DNA of 64,000 nt from Octopus sinensis (taxonomy: Eukaryota), in NCBI RefSeq assembly GCF_006345805.1, contig NC_043005.1, positions 108,500,001 to 108,564,000 on the forward strand, given 5' to 3'. The translations under genes and the position numbers were made by a program. Below, piece by piece: positions 26,058-38,144 of this stretch. A model generated the notes under the pieces. The model ran no database searches and was not told the origin of the DNA. It saw only the letters and a program-made list of their open reading frames with translations. Positions within the stretch are counted from its first letter, which is position 1, and every line of letters starts with the position of its first letter.

Positions 26058-26456
26058 ACTCTTTACTCTCTTTTACCCTTTTACTTGTTTCAGTCATTTG
26101 ACTGTGGCCATGCTGGAGCACCGCCTTTAGTCGAGAAAATCGACCTCAGGACTTATTCTTTGTAAGCCTAGTACTTATTCTATCGGTCTTATTTGCCAAA
26201 CCACTAAGTTACGGTGACGTAAACACACCAGCATCGGTTGCCAAGCGATGTTGGGAGGACAAACACACACACACACACACATATATATATACGGCAGGCT
26301 TCTTTTCAGTTTCCATCTATCAAATCCACTCACAAGGCTTTAGTCGGCCCGAGGCTATAGTAGAAGACACTTGCCCAAGGTGCCACGCAGTGGAACTGAA
26401 CCCAGAACCATGTGGTTGGTAAGCAAGCTACTTACCACACAGCCACTCCTATGCCT
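26058..26456 (-). mobile_element. SINE family A, full length
   Basis: Tail repeats, internal (CA)n/(TA)n and head ACAGCCACTCCTATGCCT. Confidence 0.92.
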
Positions 26457-27124
26457 TTATTTAAGATTTTTTTAAGAATTGTTTTTTTTTCTTCATTCAG
26501 TTGCTTTGAAACTCAGCTTCAAAATATTCTGAAGCCTAACATCTCAAAACGTTCTTTCAATTAACAACTTCAAATAAGGTAAGTTCTCTAGAACGGTGAT
26601 TATATGGCTCATAGTCAAACCTAACCTTCTAAACTAAAGTGAATTCTTACATCTATGTTCTTTATTCATTCTGATACCAACAATGAGTAAAATTGAGTGT
26701 CCTTATGAGACCAAACTGCAAAATGCTTACAATGAATTTGAACTTGTCACTTATGAGTCAATGATCCATTCTGACAATCATTCAAGTTTTTCTTCTGAGA
26801 CTAAACAATAAATGACAAACAACATTCAAGAGTTGCCAATATAAAGAAAACCTAAAAAATATAAGACAAAAAGAAGCCAATCTCTACAGAGTGCAACGTG
26901 TCTGTAATTACATAATGATTATTAAAAATGGATGATAATACAAGACGCTGGACAATAAAACAACTTCCCATTCTCTGATATAATTAGAAGTAAAGCCATC
27001 ACACTTAAGTAAAAACGGAAATTACAGAAAATAACTGGTTAATGATTACAAAATCAAGAAACATAGGAGGGTTCAATTTCACTGTTTCTTTATTTTTATT
27101 AATTTCTTTATCATTATGAAAGGC

Positions 27125-27335
27125 AAACAGGTGGCAAGGTGGCGGCATTGTTAGAGCATGTAAAAAATGCTTTGCAATATTTTTCTCCACGCTTTGCAAT
27201 CTGCATTCAGATCCTACCACGATCAAGTTTTTACCTTTCCTCACACTAGGGTCGATGAAATAAAATATCAGTCAAATACTTGACTCAATTGCATTAACTT
27301 ATACTCTCCCTCAAAATTGCTGGTCTTGTACCTGA
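27125..27335 (+). mobile_element. Old SINE family B copy
   Basis: Decayed head, CCTTTCC...GGGTCGATGAAATAAAATATCAG, tail TGCTGGTCTTGTACCTGAATCAGAA. Confidence 0.55.
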
Positions 27336-28164
27336 ATCAGAAGTTTCTAGTATCTGAGGCCAATTTGATATCATTCTAATGAGATCAATTTTCATTTCAT
27401 ATTTCCAGAGTTGAAAAATCCTGCACCTGCTAAATACTCTGAGAGATTTCAACCACTTTTTTTGATCTACTGTGCTTATGTAAGAAACCAATATTTTTAT
27501 TCTATTGAAAGATGAAACTAATCTTTTCCTCAGTACAAATCCTGGTGAAATTATCTCTACCCTATCATTCTGTGTTTGATAAAGTAGAGGACCAGGCGAT
27601 TTGACAAGACAGTCAATCGCCTGCTGACACTCATTGATGCCACATCGAAGAGGCCAGGGGGCAGAAGAAAGCAGAAGAAAGAAGACATGCACCCAACACC
27701 AGAACTGAAGACACCTCTGAAAGGATGGGGCACACCACGTCAAAACGGTAGAGGAGTAGGGGCCGAAACCAGATGTGGTTCCTCCTGATGATGTCTTGAG
27801 CTAACTGGATCCTATAAAGGAGCTGTTGTGGTAGCAAACCATGAAACACGGTTGTAATTCCTCAGCTAAAAATTCCCCATTCCCCATGAAGAATGTGATT
27901 AAATGGTAAAAATTAGAATCCATTGTTACTGTTCTTGTCCTTGGAATTGGGAGAGTACTGGGCACTTGAATGTGTGAGTGGGCATGGCTGGATTTGTATA
28001 TGCATATGTGCATTCACATTAGCACATGCACATATTACATTAAGTTTTCATACTGTGGAAGTGAATTTTGCTACATTGTTCATCAGATGGAAACCAAGAT
28101 TAATCTTAATACTGATAATGATAAGAAAGCGACACATTTCATTGATGTTATTTTAACACTCATA

Positions 28165-28298
28165 AATTCCGCCGAGTTCAACTTTGCCTCTCATCCTTTT
28201 GGGGTCGGGAAATTAAGTACCAGTTGCATACTGGGGTTGATCTAGTCGACTGGCCCCCACACCCAAAATTTTGAGCCTTGTGCCTAGAGTAGATAAGA
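28165..28298 (+). mobile_element. SINE family B, 5'-truncated
   Basis: AAATTCCGCCGAGTTCAACTTTGCCTCTCATCC...GCCTTGTGCCTAGAGTAGA. Confidence 0.8.
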
Positions 28299-29237
28299 TT
28301 ATTTTAATGCTCATGCACTAAGAAAAGTGAGAGGGACATAAGTCTTTCTTAAGTAATTGTTATTTGTTTGAGGTAATTTGCCTCTCTTAAATTAGCTAGA
28401 CTTGATGAAAGTGTTAAATGCTAAATGATAAAGAAATAAATCATCTGTGTCTATGCCTGCTTTTATATTTTCTATAGGCTTAATATAAGTAGTGTTAAAT
28501 TTGACTTCTCTGAGCTTAGTTGTCTCCTTTGAATGAATATAATTCAAGGGAGATTTCCTTTATTCAAAAGGAAAAAAATCATGTGAAAGTATTTAAATTT
28601 TTTTGATGTATCTTTAAGGTTTATGTTCATTCAGTCAGGTCACATCATATATTTTCAATATTTTGAAATCACTGAAAAAGCTTTTGGAAAAGATCTGTCT
28701 TTATTGAAAATATTTGATCTAACCTTTAAGCTGTATGGCTAACCATATTCAAATAAGTAAGAAGATTTATGGTTTCTATACATTTTAAAGTTATACAAAG
28801 ATGAAGATATCACCATTATATTTTTCACCATCACCACAATGGTCCAGCCATCTCACGAATTCCGTAGTAAGGTACTCCTCTAATATGAAACATGAAGTTG
28901 AAGGAGTTAGAGTCGATTATAAGTGCCACTACCTGACCAAGTGCCTTCAATAATGATGGCGAATTGTAGTATTTTATATATAAATAAGGTATACAATAAG
29001 GTACACAATAATCACACATACAAACTTTCACATACTTCCTTTGCACACGCTCACAGATATACACACATACTGATTTTTTTCACCCCTTCCTCCCTTATTC
29101 ATCTATCACTTCTTACTTTCTCCCATCGTCATTACTTTCACTCACTCCCTCTCAGTCAGGGCTATTACTCTCACTACTTCTCCTTCCCTGAATTACTATT
29201 TTCTTTCCTGCTCCACATCTGGCATGATCTTAGACAA

Positions 29238-29285
<48 letters not shown>

Positions 29286-29380
29286 TATATGGTGTGATGT
29301 ATATTAGGATTGATGAATTGCATGGGGACTTCTATCTCTAAATAAATATATATATATATATATACATACATATCATATAT

Positions 29381-29434
<54 letters not shown>

Positions 29435-29484
29435 ACATATACATATATATACATATACATATACATATATATATATATATATAT

Positions 29485-30745
29485 GTGACAGCTAGCCGCT
29501 GTTGAGCGCTCTTTTCGTTTTCAGCACCTCAGAAGCAACACGTATTTGTTCGTCTCCCCGTGGCCTTTAGGCACAACTTCACAAGCCAGCCTACTCAAAT
29601 CGTCCTGTCGAAAGACCCTTGTCCTACGTCCTGGTTTTGTTTTGTTGTTTATTTTTTATTTTTACCGTTATTGTTTTACGTTTTTGTATTCTTATTGTGT
29701 CACGTATTCTGTATTTTTGTTTGTGTACTTCGATCGTTTTCCGTCCTTCGTTGATACATTCGAAGCTTTCTTCCAGGGGATCTAATCGCTTGGCTTAGAT
29801 TTCCCTTGGCGGGCTGGCCATATCGGAGCAATCTCAAGATTAATCAGCCGAAATTGCTAAGATGATCTGGTTCTTGACTGATGACTGAGGGCTTCGAATG
29901 TCCCGTCCTGTGGTTCTTGTGTCGTCTCTGTGGTGTTTCATGTTCTTGTCCATGTCTGTATTTAATTTTACTGTTTACCTATATAATCGGCGGCTACGTA
30001 TCCCAATTGTCCTTATACGATAAGTATATTTTTTTCTCAAGCTTTGATACACTCTTAATCTGTCTCTTTTTCTCTCTCTCTCCCTCCTCCCTTATTCCCT
30101 TCCGTTCTTTCCCTCTCCATCCGTCCCCCCCCTTTCTACGTTTCTCTATCTCTCTCACTCCAGCCCCCTCGATCTGTCTCTTTCTTCTCCTCCCTCGTCC
30201 ACCTTCTCTCCCTTTTCATCTGTCCCTTCTCCTGTCTTTTGTCTCACGTGACAGCTAGCCGCTGTTGAGCGCTCTTTTCGTTTTCAGCAGCCTCAGAAGC
30301 AACACGTATTTGTTCGTCTCCCCGTGGCCTTTAGGCACAACTTCACAAGCCACCCCTACTCAAATCGTCCTGTCGAAAGACCCTTGTCCTACGTCCTGGT
30401 TTTGTTTTGTTGTTTATTTTATTTTTACCGTTTATTTTTTACGTTTTGCATTCTTATTGGTGTCACGTATTCTGTATTTTTGTTTGTGTACTTCGATCGT
30501 TTTCCGTCCTTTCGTTGTATACATTCGAAGCTTTCTTCCAGGGGATCTAATGCGCTTGGCTTAGATTCCCTTGGCGGGCTGGCCATATCGGAGCAATCTC
30601 AAGATTAATCAGCCGAAATTGCTAAGATGATCTGGTTCTTGACTGATGACAGGGCTTCGAATTCCCGTCCTGTGGTTCTTGTGTCGTCTCTGTGGTGTTT
30701 CATGTTCTTGTCCATGTCTGTATTAATTTTACTGTTTACCTATAT
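29485..30745. mobile_element. Two ~495-bp direct repeats (29485-29985, 30248-30745) around a ~262-bp pyrimidine-rich spacer; probable PLE-derived non-autonomous element
   Basis: Near-identical repeats starting GTGACAGCTAGCC; (TA)n on both flanks; no TG..CA ends or PBS. Confidence 0.7.
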
Positions 30746-30860
30746 ATATATATATATATATTAATCAATATAAGGGTAGCAAAAAATTCAATAGAAATTT
30801 TTTGGCCACCAGCGGTCCAGTAGAAAGAATAAATAGTCAATAGACTATATAATATACATT

Positions 30861-31157
30861 CAACAATTAAGGAATGGCTTTAATAGGCCATTCAACTCAC
30901 TAGAACGAGCAGGTAGACTGAAACTGCTAAATAGTAGTAATTCAGAAATCATAGGAAAATTAAAACATTTACCCTAATCATCTTTGGACATATGTTTCGA
31001 CGTACTTTTTGGTAAACCAGCCTAATCAAATTAAATTAAATTTAATCAAGTCAATTTACCACTGGCTCGTCTCATCGGCAAAGAAGCCAGGAAGTTTGAA
31101 TCTAGCTGCTCATTCTAGTGAGTTGAATGGCCTATTAAAGCCATTCCTTAATTGTTG
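30861..31157. repeat. ~57-bp inverted repeats (30861-30918 / 31101-31157) enclosing a hammerhead
   Basis: CAACAATTAAGGAATGGCTTTAATAGGCCATTCAACTCACTAGAA and its reverse complement. Confidence 0.88.
30981..31084 (-). ncRNA. Type I hammerhead ribozyme-like motif (one core substitution, U4>C)
   Basis: UCUUUG / C(C)GAUGA / GACG-65 nt-CGUC / GAAA / CAUAUGU / C / CAAAGA. Stems I and II are perfect, stem III is the palindrome ACAUAUGU, and the cleavage triplet is GUC. Confidence 0.7.
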
Positions 31158-31161
31158 TATG

Positions 31162-31205
<44 letters not shown>

Positions 31206-31669
31206 AATATATAAAAACACTGCTCTCATTATTATATTAGGGGATAGTAATAAATATTTTACTCAACTATATGTATTGAATACTCTCATTTTGCTTGTGA
31301 CGACACCTATGATTTCATATACATAGAAAGAAAAAGGGAGGAGAAGAAGGAGTGACAGTGGGAAAGCACTTGGATAAAAAATTAATAAGTTAATGAAAAG
31401 ACAAATACGGTGTAAAATTATACAAACAAAAACATGTTTCCATTGCAGGCATCGTGGGAAAAGGAAGTTGGATCATAAGATAGTAAGAGCAGAAGTAGTA
31501 AAACAAAGGAGTGATATGAGGAGTAAATGGAGAGAGAAGGTCAGAGAAGGGACAAGAAAGACATGAGAGCAAGAGAAAAGAAGGGGGGTGAATGAAAGGG
31601 AGAAGGGGATGCAAGACTGAGACAGAATGGGAAAGAATATTCTTAAGGGTGTGTATGTATTGCAACCAA

Positions 31670-31742
<73 letters not shown>

Positions 31743-32237
31743 AATTATTAGAGAGTTATCCACTATGTGGATAACTCTAGTGCTAAAAATAGCTCCGAAG
31801 CAACCACAGAAGATCTGTTTCCAACTTCAATCAACATACATTTAACGGAAGGAAAGTGAAATACAACGAATAAAATAGATTGACTCTATACAATTGTTTC
31901 ATTACTAATGTAATATGTAGTTTTACTTACACATACATCTATAAATCTTCGGTAGAGTTTGTCAGAAATGCAATTAATTAGATCGATTCGAGCGTCAAAA
32001 CCACGAGCGGTCCAACCAATTACATTTTTAGTTATGTCTCAAATTCCGCGCCAAAAGCATGCCTAGACTCCATTGGAAACGTATGCCGCATCAAATAAAA
32101 TATTAACTGCCGCATAGTTAAATTTATAAAATAATTTATGTATAAATTTGTATTTTCTCCGTAGTTTTTTGTGCTAAGCCACTTGGTGTTAAATCAATGG
32201 TATTATTAAATTAATATCGATTTTTCACCCTCATTTA

Positions 32238-32282
<45 letters not shown>

Positions 32283-32339
32283 TATATATATATTATATAT
32301 ATAGTAAAGTAAGGAAGCAGAAAGAATCAGGTACTTCAA

Positions 32340-34190
32340 AAGATATGCACCAGGTAGGGTTGGGTAAACCTGTGGTTGCGTCCTATGGTTGGTATTTAGC
32401 ACCTAGGGGCTGGTCCAAATCATGCTTTACTTTGAATAGTACGCTGTTGGTATACTCTAGGGTGCCTGACAAGTTGTAAATTCCTTTGGTGTATTATAAT
32501 CAAATGAATAATAAGATACGATGGATAATTGTCAGCTCATTACAGTTGTTCCTTACGTATCTTTCTAATAGAAGAATGAGAACATTACTCCATTACAAAA
32601 GACCGTAATCATCAGATGAAACGTAATTTTACAAACAAAAGAATATCCCAAGAATACAACAGGGACGTGGCTGAAGTCTGTCGAGGCCAACTATGAAATG
32701 AAAGCATGACCAACAAAGTTGGCCGTTGAGGTTAAGAATATAGTTCTTAATAGGATATCTAAGGTCAGTGACCCAGGTGAGATAGGAGTCTGCTAGAGCG
32801 GTTCTTAGGTAGGCTGCTGTGGGGAATATTTCATTATAGTAGTCTTAGAGCAGTAGGAAGCTAGGAGAGGTCCTAATATAAATTAAGGATAAAAAAAACA
32901 AAGAATAAATAAAGCAAATCAAAGGGTGAAGAAAAATAAAAGCATCCAAGCCAATTAGACATAGGATCGGGGTTTAAAATTCGCTAGCTAAGGCTAAAGG
33001 ACAAAGGGAGGGGGCAGAGATACACAGATTTTAGGGGGTATTCTGTGGGTATTGGTTGAAAGTGGGGGAGGGTACGAAGGCAATCGAACAATAAGATCAT
33101 GGAACTCTAGTGTTAGTAATTGTAGAGTACTACTTATCATTAAGGAATTTAAAGAAGGATGGAGTTATATGATAAAGTACATCTAATACGGAGTTACAGG
33201 ATATACCAGATCGGATATCAAAGAAAGCCAGCAGTGGGGAGTAGTCTAATGATTAACAATATGAATTATGTACGGGTCGCGATGATATTATTTAATTGGA
33301 TAGTATAATCATCTTCGTGTGGATCAAATAAAGCAACTCCAGACGATAGTGGTGGGGTAAGAGGTTTGGATAGTATGTTCTATCTATTATTTAACAAGTG
33401 CAGCACAAATAACTGTATCTTGGAGTAAGGGCTAATTATCTAGTAGAATTGGAAAAGAACTGGGATCTTTTCGGTTTGAACGGCAGTTTTTAACATAATT
33501 TCTTGGTAACTAAAAAATGTTAAACTTCGTATACTGGTAGAATGTGTTTATAAAACATCTTTTTCTCTCGGCTTTATTGAGAAAATTCTATAGTTTGTAA
33601 GATGCTTGTTGTTGTTTTTATCTGCAATTTCTGCAATTTCAACCAATCAGTGACGTCTATTGAGTTAAAAAGCATTCTGTGACGTATGAATATGTCCCTC
33701 GTTTAAGAAACAGATTGGGTTTATTTACATTTGTGAATAAAAAAGATACCCTTCAACCACCCCCAACCCTAACCCTAAAAGAGATTGAAATGCAATAGAT
33801 CGATTCTAGGGTCATAATTATGGGTGATAATTTCATATGACACCGCTAGAAAAAACTGCCGTTCAAACCGAAAAGATCCAAGAACTGGTTAGGGCGTGCA
33901 TGCTACTACTTCTAAGTTAGATATCGTTGCTATCGCTATTGTATAATACATGGTAAACACGGATAGAATGGTTAGATCCTTCAATATGTCATACCATGCA
34001 AATATAGTAAGAGTGGTTAGAGTGTAAAGATAAAGGGAAACGAGGCTAGAACTCAGAAGCAAATAGGTAAATCGATCGACTATTGGGTCATCAGTGGAGG
34101 GAGTAAGTTAGATTGGCCCTAGGCTAGGAGCTCAGATAGAGCTTGTTTTCTGTCCTTAAAATATTTAAATGCGTGGGTAGCTTTATGTAT
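32340..34190 (-). pseudogene. Possible very old LINE (CR1/L2-like) remnant, interrupted by the MITE at 33463
   Basis: Non-repetitive, moderately GC-rich sequence with only faint endonuclease-like peptides (SNSVLDVL.., LNILRTEN). Confidence 0.22.
33463..33879. mobile_element. MITE with 29-bp TIRs and 8-bp TSD
   Basis: TIR GGATCTTTTCGGTTTGAACGGCAGTTTTT; TSD AAGAACTG at 33455-33462 and 33880-33887. Confidence 0.93.
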
Positions 34191-35465
34191 ACAGGAAAGA
34201 CGAAAGTCTAGTTTATTATTTAGTAGATTTTGACTATTTGATCTCTTTAAAATTCCAAACAGCTTCAAGCAGCAAAGTCTTCAGGCACCTATATCTTCCG
34301 ATTGGCTAAAATTACCCAAAATTTGCAAACTTTAAAAGCTATTGACTCTTTTTTCATTATTTATGTCGAAAACGAATTTCATACCAAAGTCGTGACTAAC
34401 GAATTTCATGCCAATGATTACTGTACAAAACTACATCAACTCACCAAATAAGCGATGAATTGGAACAAAAACTAAAGAAATTGAAAAGTGGAAGCCAAAC
34501 AGAATAGCTCCCTTATATAAATATGTGTACTTATTGTAATGCTAAATCAAATCTATGCGTCTCGGTTAAGTACACTTTTGCTCATACCTCAATATATCTA
34601 TTTTGAGTTTTTTCTACATTTGTCCCTATGCATTTCTTCTGTTGCTAATATTATTAAACGTTTGACATTTTACCTGTACTTTGCCTATCAATGTTTATTT
34701 CTTCATGCTATAAAGATCAGAGAATCTTGCGATAGTTTCTTTTATTGTTTTTGCCTCTTTGTAAACCTGTATCTTCAATATGTTCCTGAATTCTTGATGC
34801 ACTTGCAACCAATGGTTTACATAATCGTGCTGCTATAATTGTTGTTACAGCTGCTGTTGATGGCAATGATGATTAAAGATAAAATACGTGTATTCTCCAA
34901 TATCCTTATGATTACCAAACTAAATATAATCTCAGAGTATAGCACAATTGCACGAAAATTTTCTTTGATTATATTAGTTTCCTTTGAAAAAAATTCTTTA
35001 GAATACAAGTTAACACATTTGTAGCTTGATTTTTTTTTATACACGTGTGTTACACATTCATATCTATGTGTATACGTGGGTATACATGTGTAGAATACAT
35101 CCCCACTGTTGGCACTATTTTGCTAGTAAACAGTACGAACTGTGTCTAAAGTATATATGTATTACTACGCTGAATGTTGACAGTTCGTGTAACAAGTAAA
35201 AGTAAATAAACACGTAAAATAATAACAATGCCTTCATTGAGTTGTCTATCAGCACATCGAGAACGAATAATGTATAACAAAGTGTATCTCGGTTTTTCTG
35301 ATTGGTAATAACTGTTTCTCGTATTTAATGAATCAGTAACATTCTTTATGTAGCTCTCAATGACTATTACTGACTATTTTATTTGATGCATATAGGACAG
35401 CATGGGATTAAAAGTTCCCTTTCAACTACATGGCTTCACATTAATAGTGCTATAAGACATCTTCG

Positions 35466-35886
35466 GGATCTTTTCGGTTTGAACGGCATTTTTTTCTAGT
35501 GATGTCATATGAAATTGTCACCCATAATTATGAACCTAGTATCGATCTATTGCATTTCAATCTGTTTCAGGGTTAGTTAGGGTTAGGGGTGGGGGGAAGG
35601 GTATCTTTTTTTATTCACAAATGTAAATAAACCCAATCTGTTTCTTAAATGAGGGACATTTTCATACGGCACAGAATGTGTTTTACCTCAATAGACGTAT
35701 TTGATTGGTTGAAATGGCAGAAATTGAAGAAAAAAAACAACAAATATCTTAGAAACTATAGAATTTTCTCAATAAAGCCAAGAGAAAAAGATGTTTTATA
35801 AACACATTCTACTAGTATACGAAGTTTAAAGTTTTTTAGTTACCTAGAAATTATGTTAAAAACTGCCGTTCAAACCGAAAAGATCC
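35466..35886. mobile_element. Second copy of the same MITE, opposite orientation
   Basis: Same TIRs; interior is the reverse complement of 33463-33879; no matching TSD. Confidence 0.92.
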
Positions 35887-37172
35887 GCAGGCGTATTCAT
35901 AAAGTTTAGGATGTAGCACCGGTAGCTTTGGTCAACATTACCAAATATGATGCCCGTGTTGTAAGAAGAAACAACGAGAGACAAAAGAACCAGTGTGTGC
36001 TTATGCTTGCTGTGAATACGACAAAATGTTACAATAAATATTTCATCCAACTAAATTTTTCATGTGTCAATTAGCAGAACAGAAAAATTGAAGTGAAGTG
36101 AATAGGAAACTGAATGTAAAAATTTTCGTTTTATGAATTATTCAAAATTTGAAAAACTTTGTTGAATTTACAAGTTAGTAAAAGAAATGTATGTATAAAT
36201 ATGTTTGAAAGCTTGTGTAGTGAGGCTGCAGCTTGTGAAAATATTTTCTATGTGATGGAGTCTGTATTCTACTGAGAAAAATTGACGCGCTTCAATTTGT
36301 AGCAGTCGGAAATGGAAAGAGTCAAATAGTAGCTACATGCTTACTATTGTGAAGCTGTGGCTATGATGACGACAAGAGTGATAGTAAACAGCCGGCCAGA
36401 ATATACGAGTTGAGTTGCAATCGAGAACTTCAGCTTTAATCGTGGCCATAAAAAACACAGAAGTGGAATAGAGTTGATGCGGAAATTGCTGGTATGATGA
36501 CGAGCAATGATGAAAAAAAAACTATTCTTCAAGGTTCGTCGTGAAAATGTAAATCACTTGCTTGCCAGAGATGGCAATACAGACTTCTGTTCGTTTAGTG
36601 TTCTTTTGTTGGTGATAAAAACAGTATGATGGTATGTGTTTGTCAAAGTCGTGATTCGTTGTACTTATTTGGTTGTGCCACAAAAATAGTTGGTGTTTTA
36701 AACGTGCAAAGGGAGATGTTTTTTTACAGGAACAGGTACAATATTTACAGATTCAAATTCATTCAGCCAAACATATGTCAGGCAGTGCGATTAGCTGGAT
36801 GAAAAGTTCCTTTTGAAGAAGGTATTAGTAACTGTGAGCTAAGATATGGTTATATAATAATGAACTTCCGTTCGTGTGCTCGAAGTTCACGCATTCTGTT
36901 GAGGTAGCTTGTGTGGTGCAATGGAACGAAAATCAAATTAAGTTGTGGTTAGCTGTTGTTAACAGTAAGGCAATGAGAAGCAGGCTTAACAGGATCAAAA
37001 TCATAGCCTGTACAGTGAAAGGCAGTGAACCCGGTTTGCAATAAACCACAAAGCGATTCACATCGATCACCAATATTTATTAGTTGTTATTATGCCTAAA
37101 TGGTGATGTAATGACATCCCGAGAACGGAAGAAAAACTTTCAGCAATATTTTAACAACACTATGAATATTAA

Positions 37173-37264
37173 GCGGAGGTAAAGAATACGCACACCACCC
37201 GTTTTCGGCATAACCCTAACCCTAAACGCTGAAAACGGGTGATGTGCGTATTCTATACCTTCGC
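37173..37264. repeat. 37-bp-arm hairpin with (TAACCC)2TAA in the loop
   Basis: Arms 37173-37209 and 37228-37264, 33/37 complementary. Confidence 0.85.
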
Positions 37265-38144
37265 CAAAATAATATATATAATTTACAGTTCGTTGTGTAT
37301 TTTTGTACCTAAATGATAGGGGAATTTTCAGAGAAAGTTAAGAGATTTGAGGCATTTTATTTACAAGTCCCTGGAGACATATCATCTTTGGACGCAATAT
37401 AAGAAATTCCAAGGAGAGGAAGCTGAGCATTGAGACATCTTAGTAAAAATAGGCGGGCCTAAAATCTGTTCACGTATAGCAAAGTCAATTTCTCTATATA
37501 TAAAACTGAGAATGTGTGTGTGTGTGTGTGTCTGTCTGGCTGTCTGTCTGTGTGTTTCCCTAAAACTTGAGAACTACTCAACCAATTTAATTCGAATTTT
37601 ACACATGCCTTGCTTAGGGTCCGGGGAGTGTCACAGCGAAAAAAATTTTTAACTTTTTCCCTAGGGCGAACTCCCAGCAATATCATATCTTCGCCACTAC
37701 GATTCCCTAAAACTTGAGAACTACACAACCAATTTCGTTCAAATTTTACACATGCTTTACTTAGGGTCCATGTAGTTTCATGGGCAAAAAAAATGTTCAA
37801 CTTCTTGCCTAGGGCGAGCCCATAGCAATATCATATCTTCACCACTTTTTCAGTATTACGTGTTAAAAGTGAAACAAAAACGTTTCTCTATTTTATGTCA
37901 GATACTTTCACTTTAACAATAAAAATAATAATAACAATTGAATTATATGTAGTAAGTAATAATTAAAATCAAACTAAAGTATAATATAATCGTAACATAA
38001 CAAAAGTAAAAATAGCAATTGGTATAAAATTGCATCAATGACTTGAAATTGAATAAGTGGTTTCACATGAATGGGAATAAATAAAAAATAAAATTTAAGT
38101 CCAGAAATGGAATAGTCCAGATGGAGCTGTGCTTTTACATTAGA

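Noticed and set aside
27294-27849. 149-aa ORF and GC-richer segment
   Set aside because: It runs into a decayed SINE and has no recognisable domain or clear splice pair.
29870-29920. CTGATGA in both direct repeats as a hammerhead core
   Set aside because: No correctly placed GAAA/stem III follows. The upstream CTCAAGA..GCCGAAATTGC is too degenerate to call.
29485-30745. TRIM/LTR interpretation of the direct repeats
   Set aside because: No TG..CA termini, PBS, PPT or discrete TSD.
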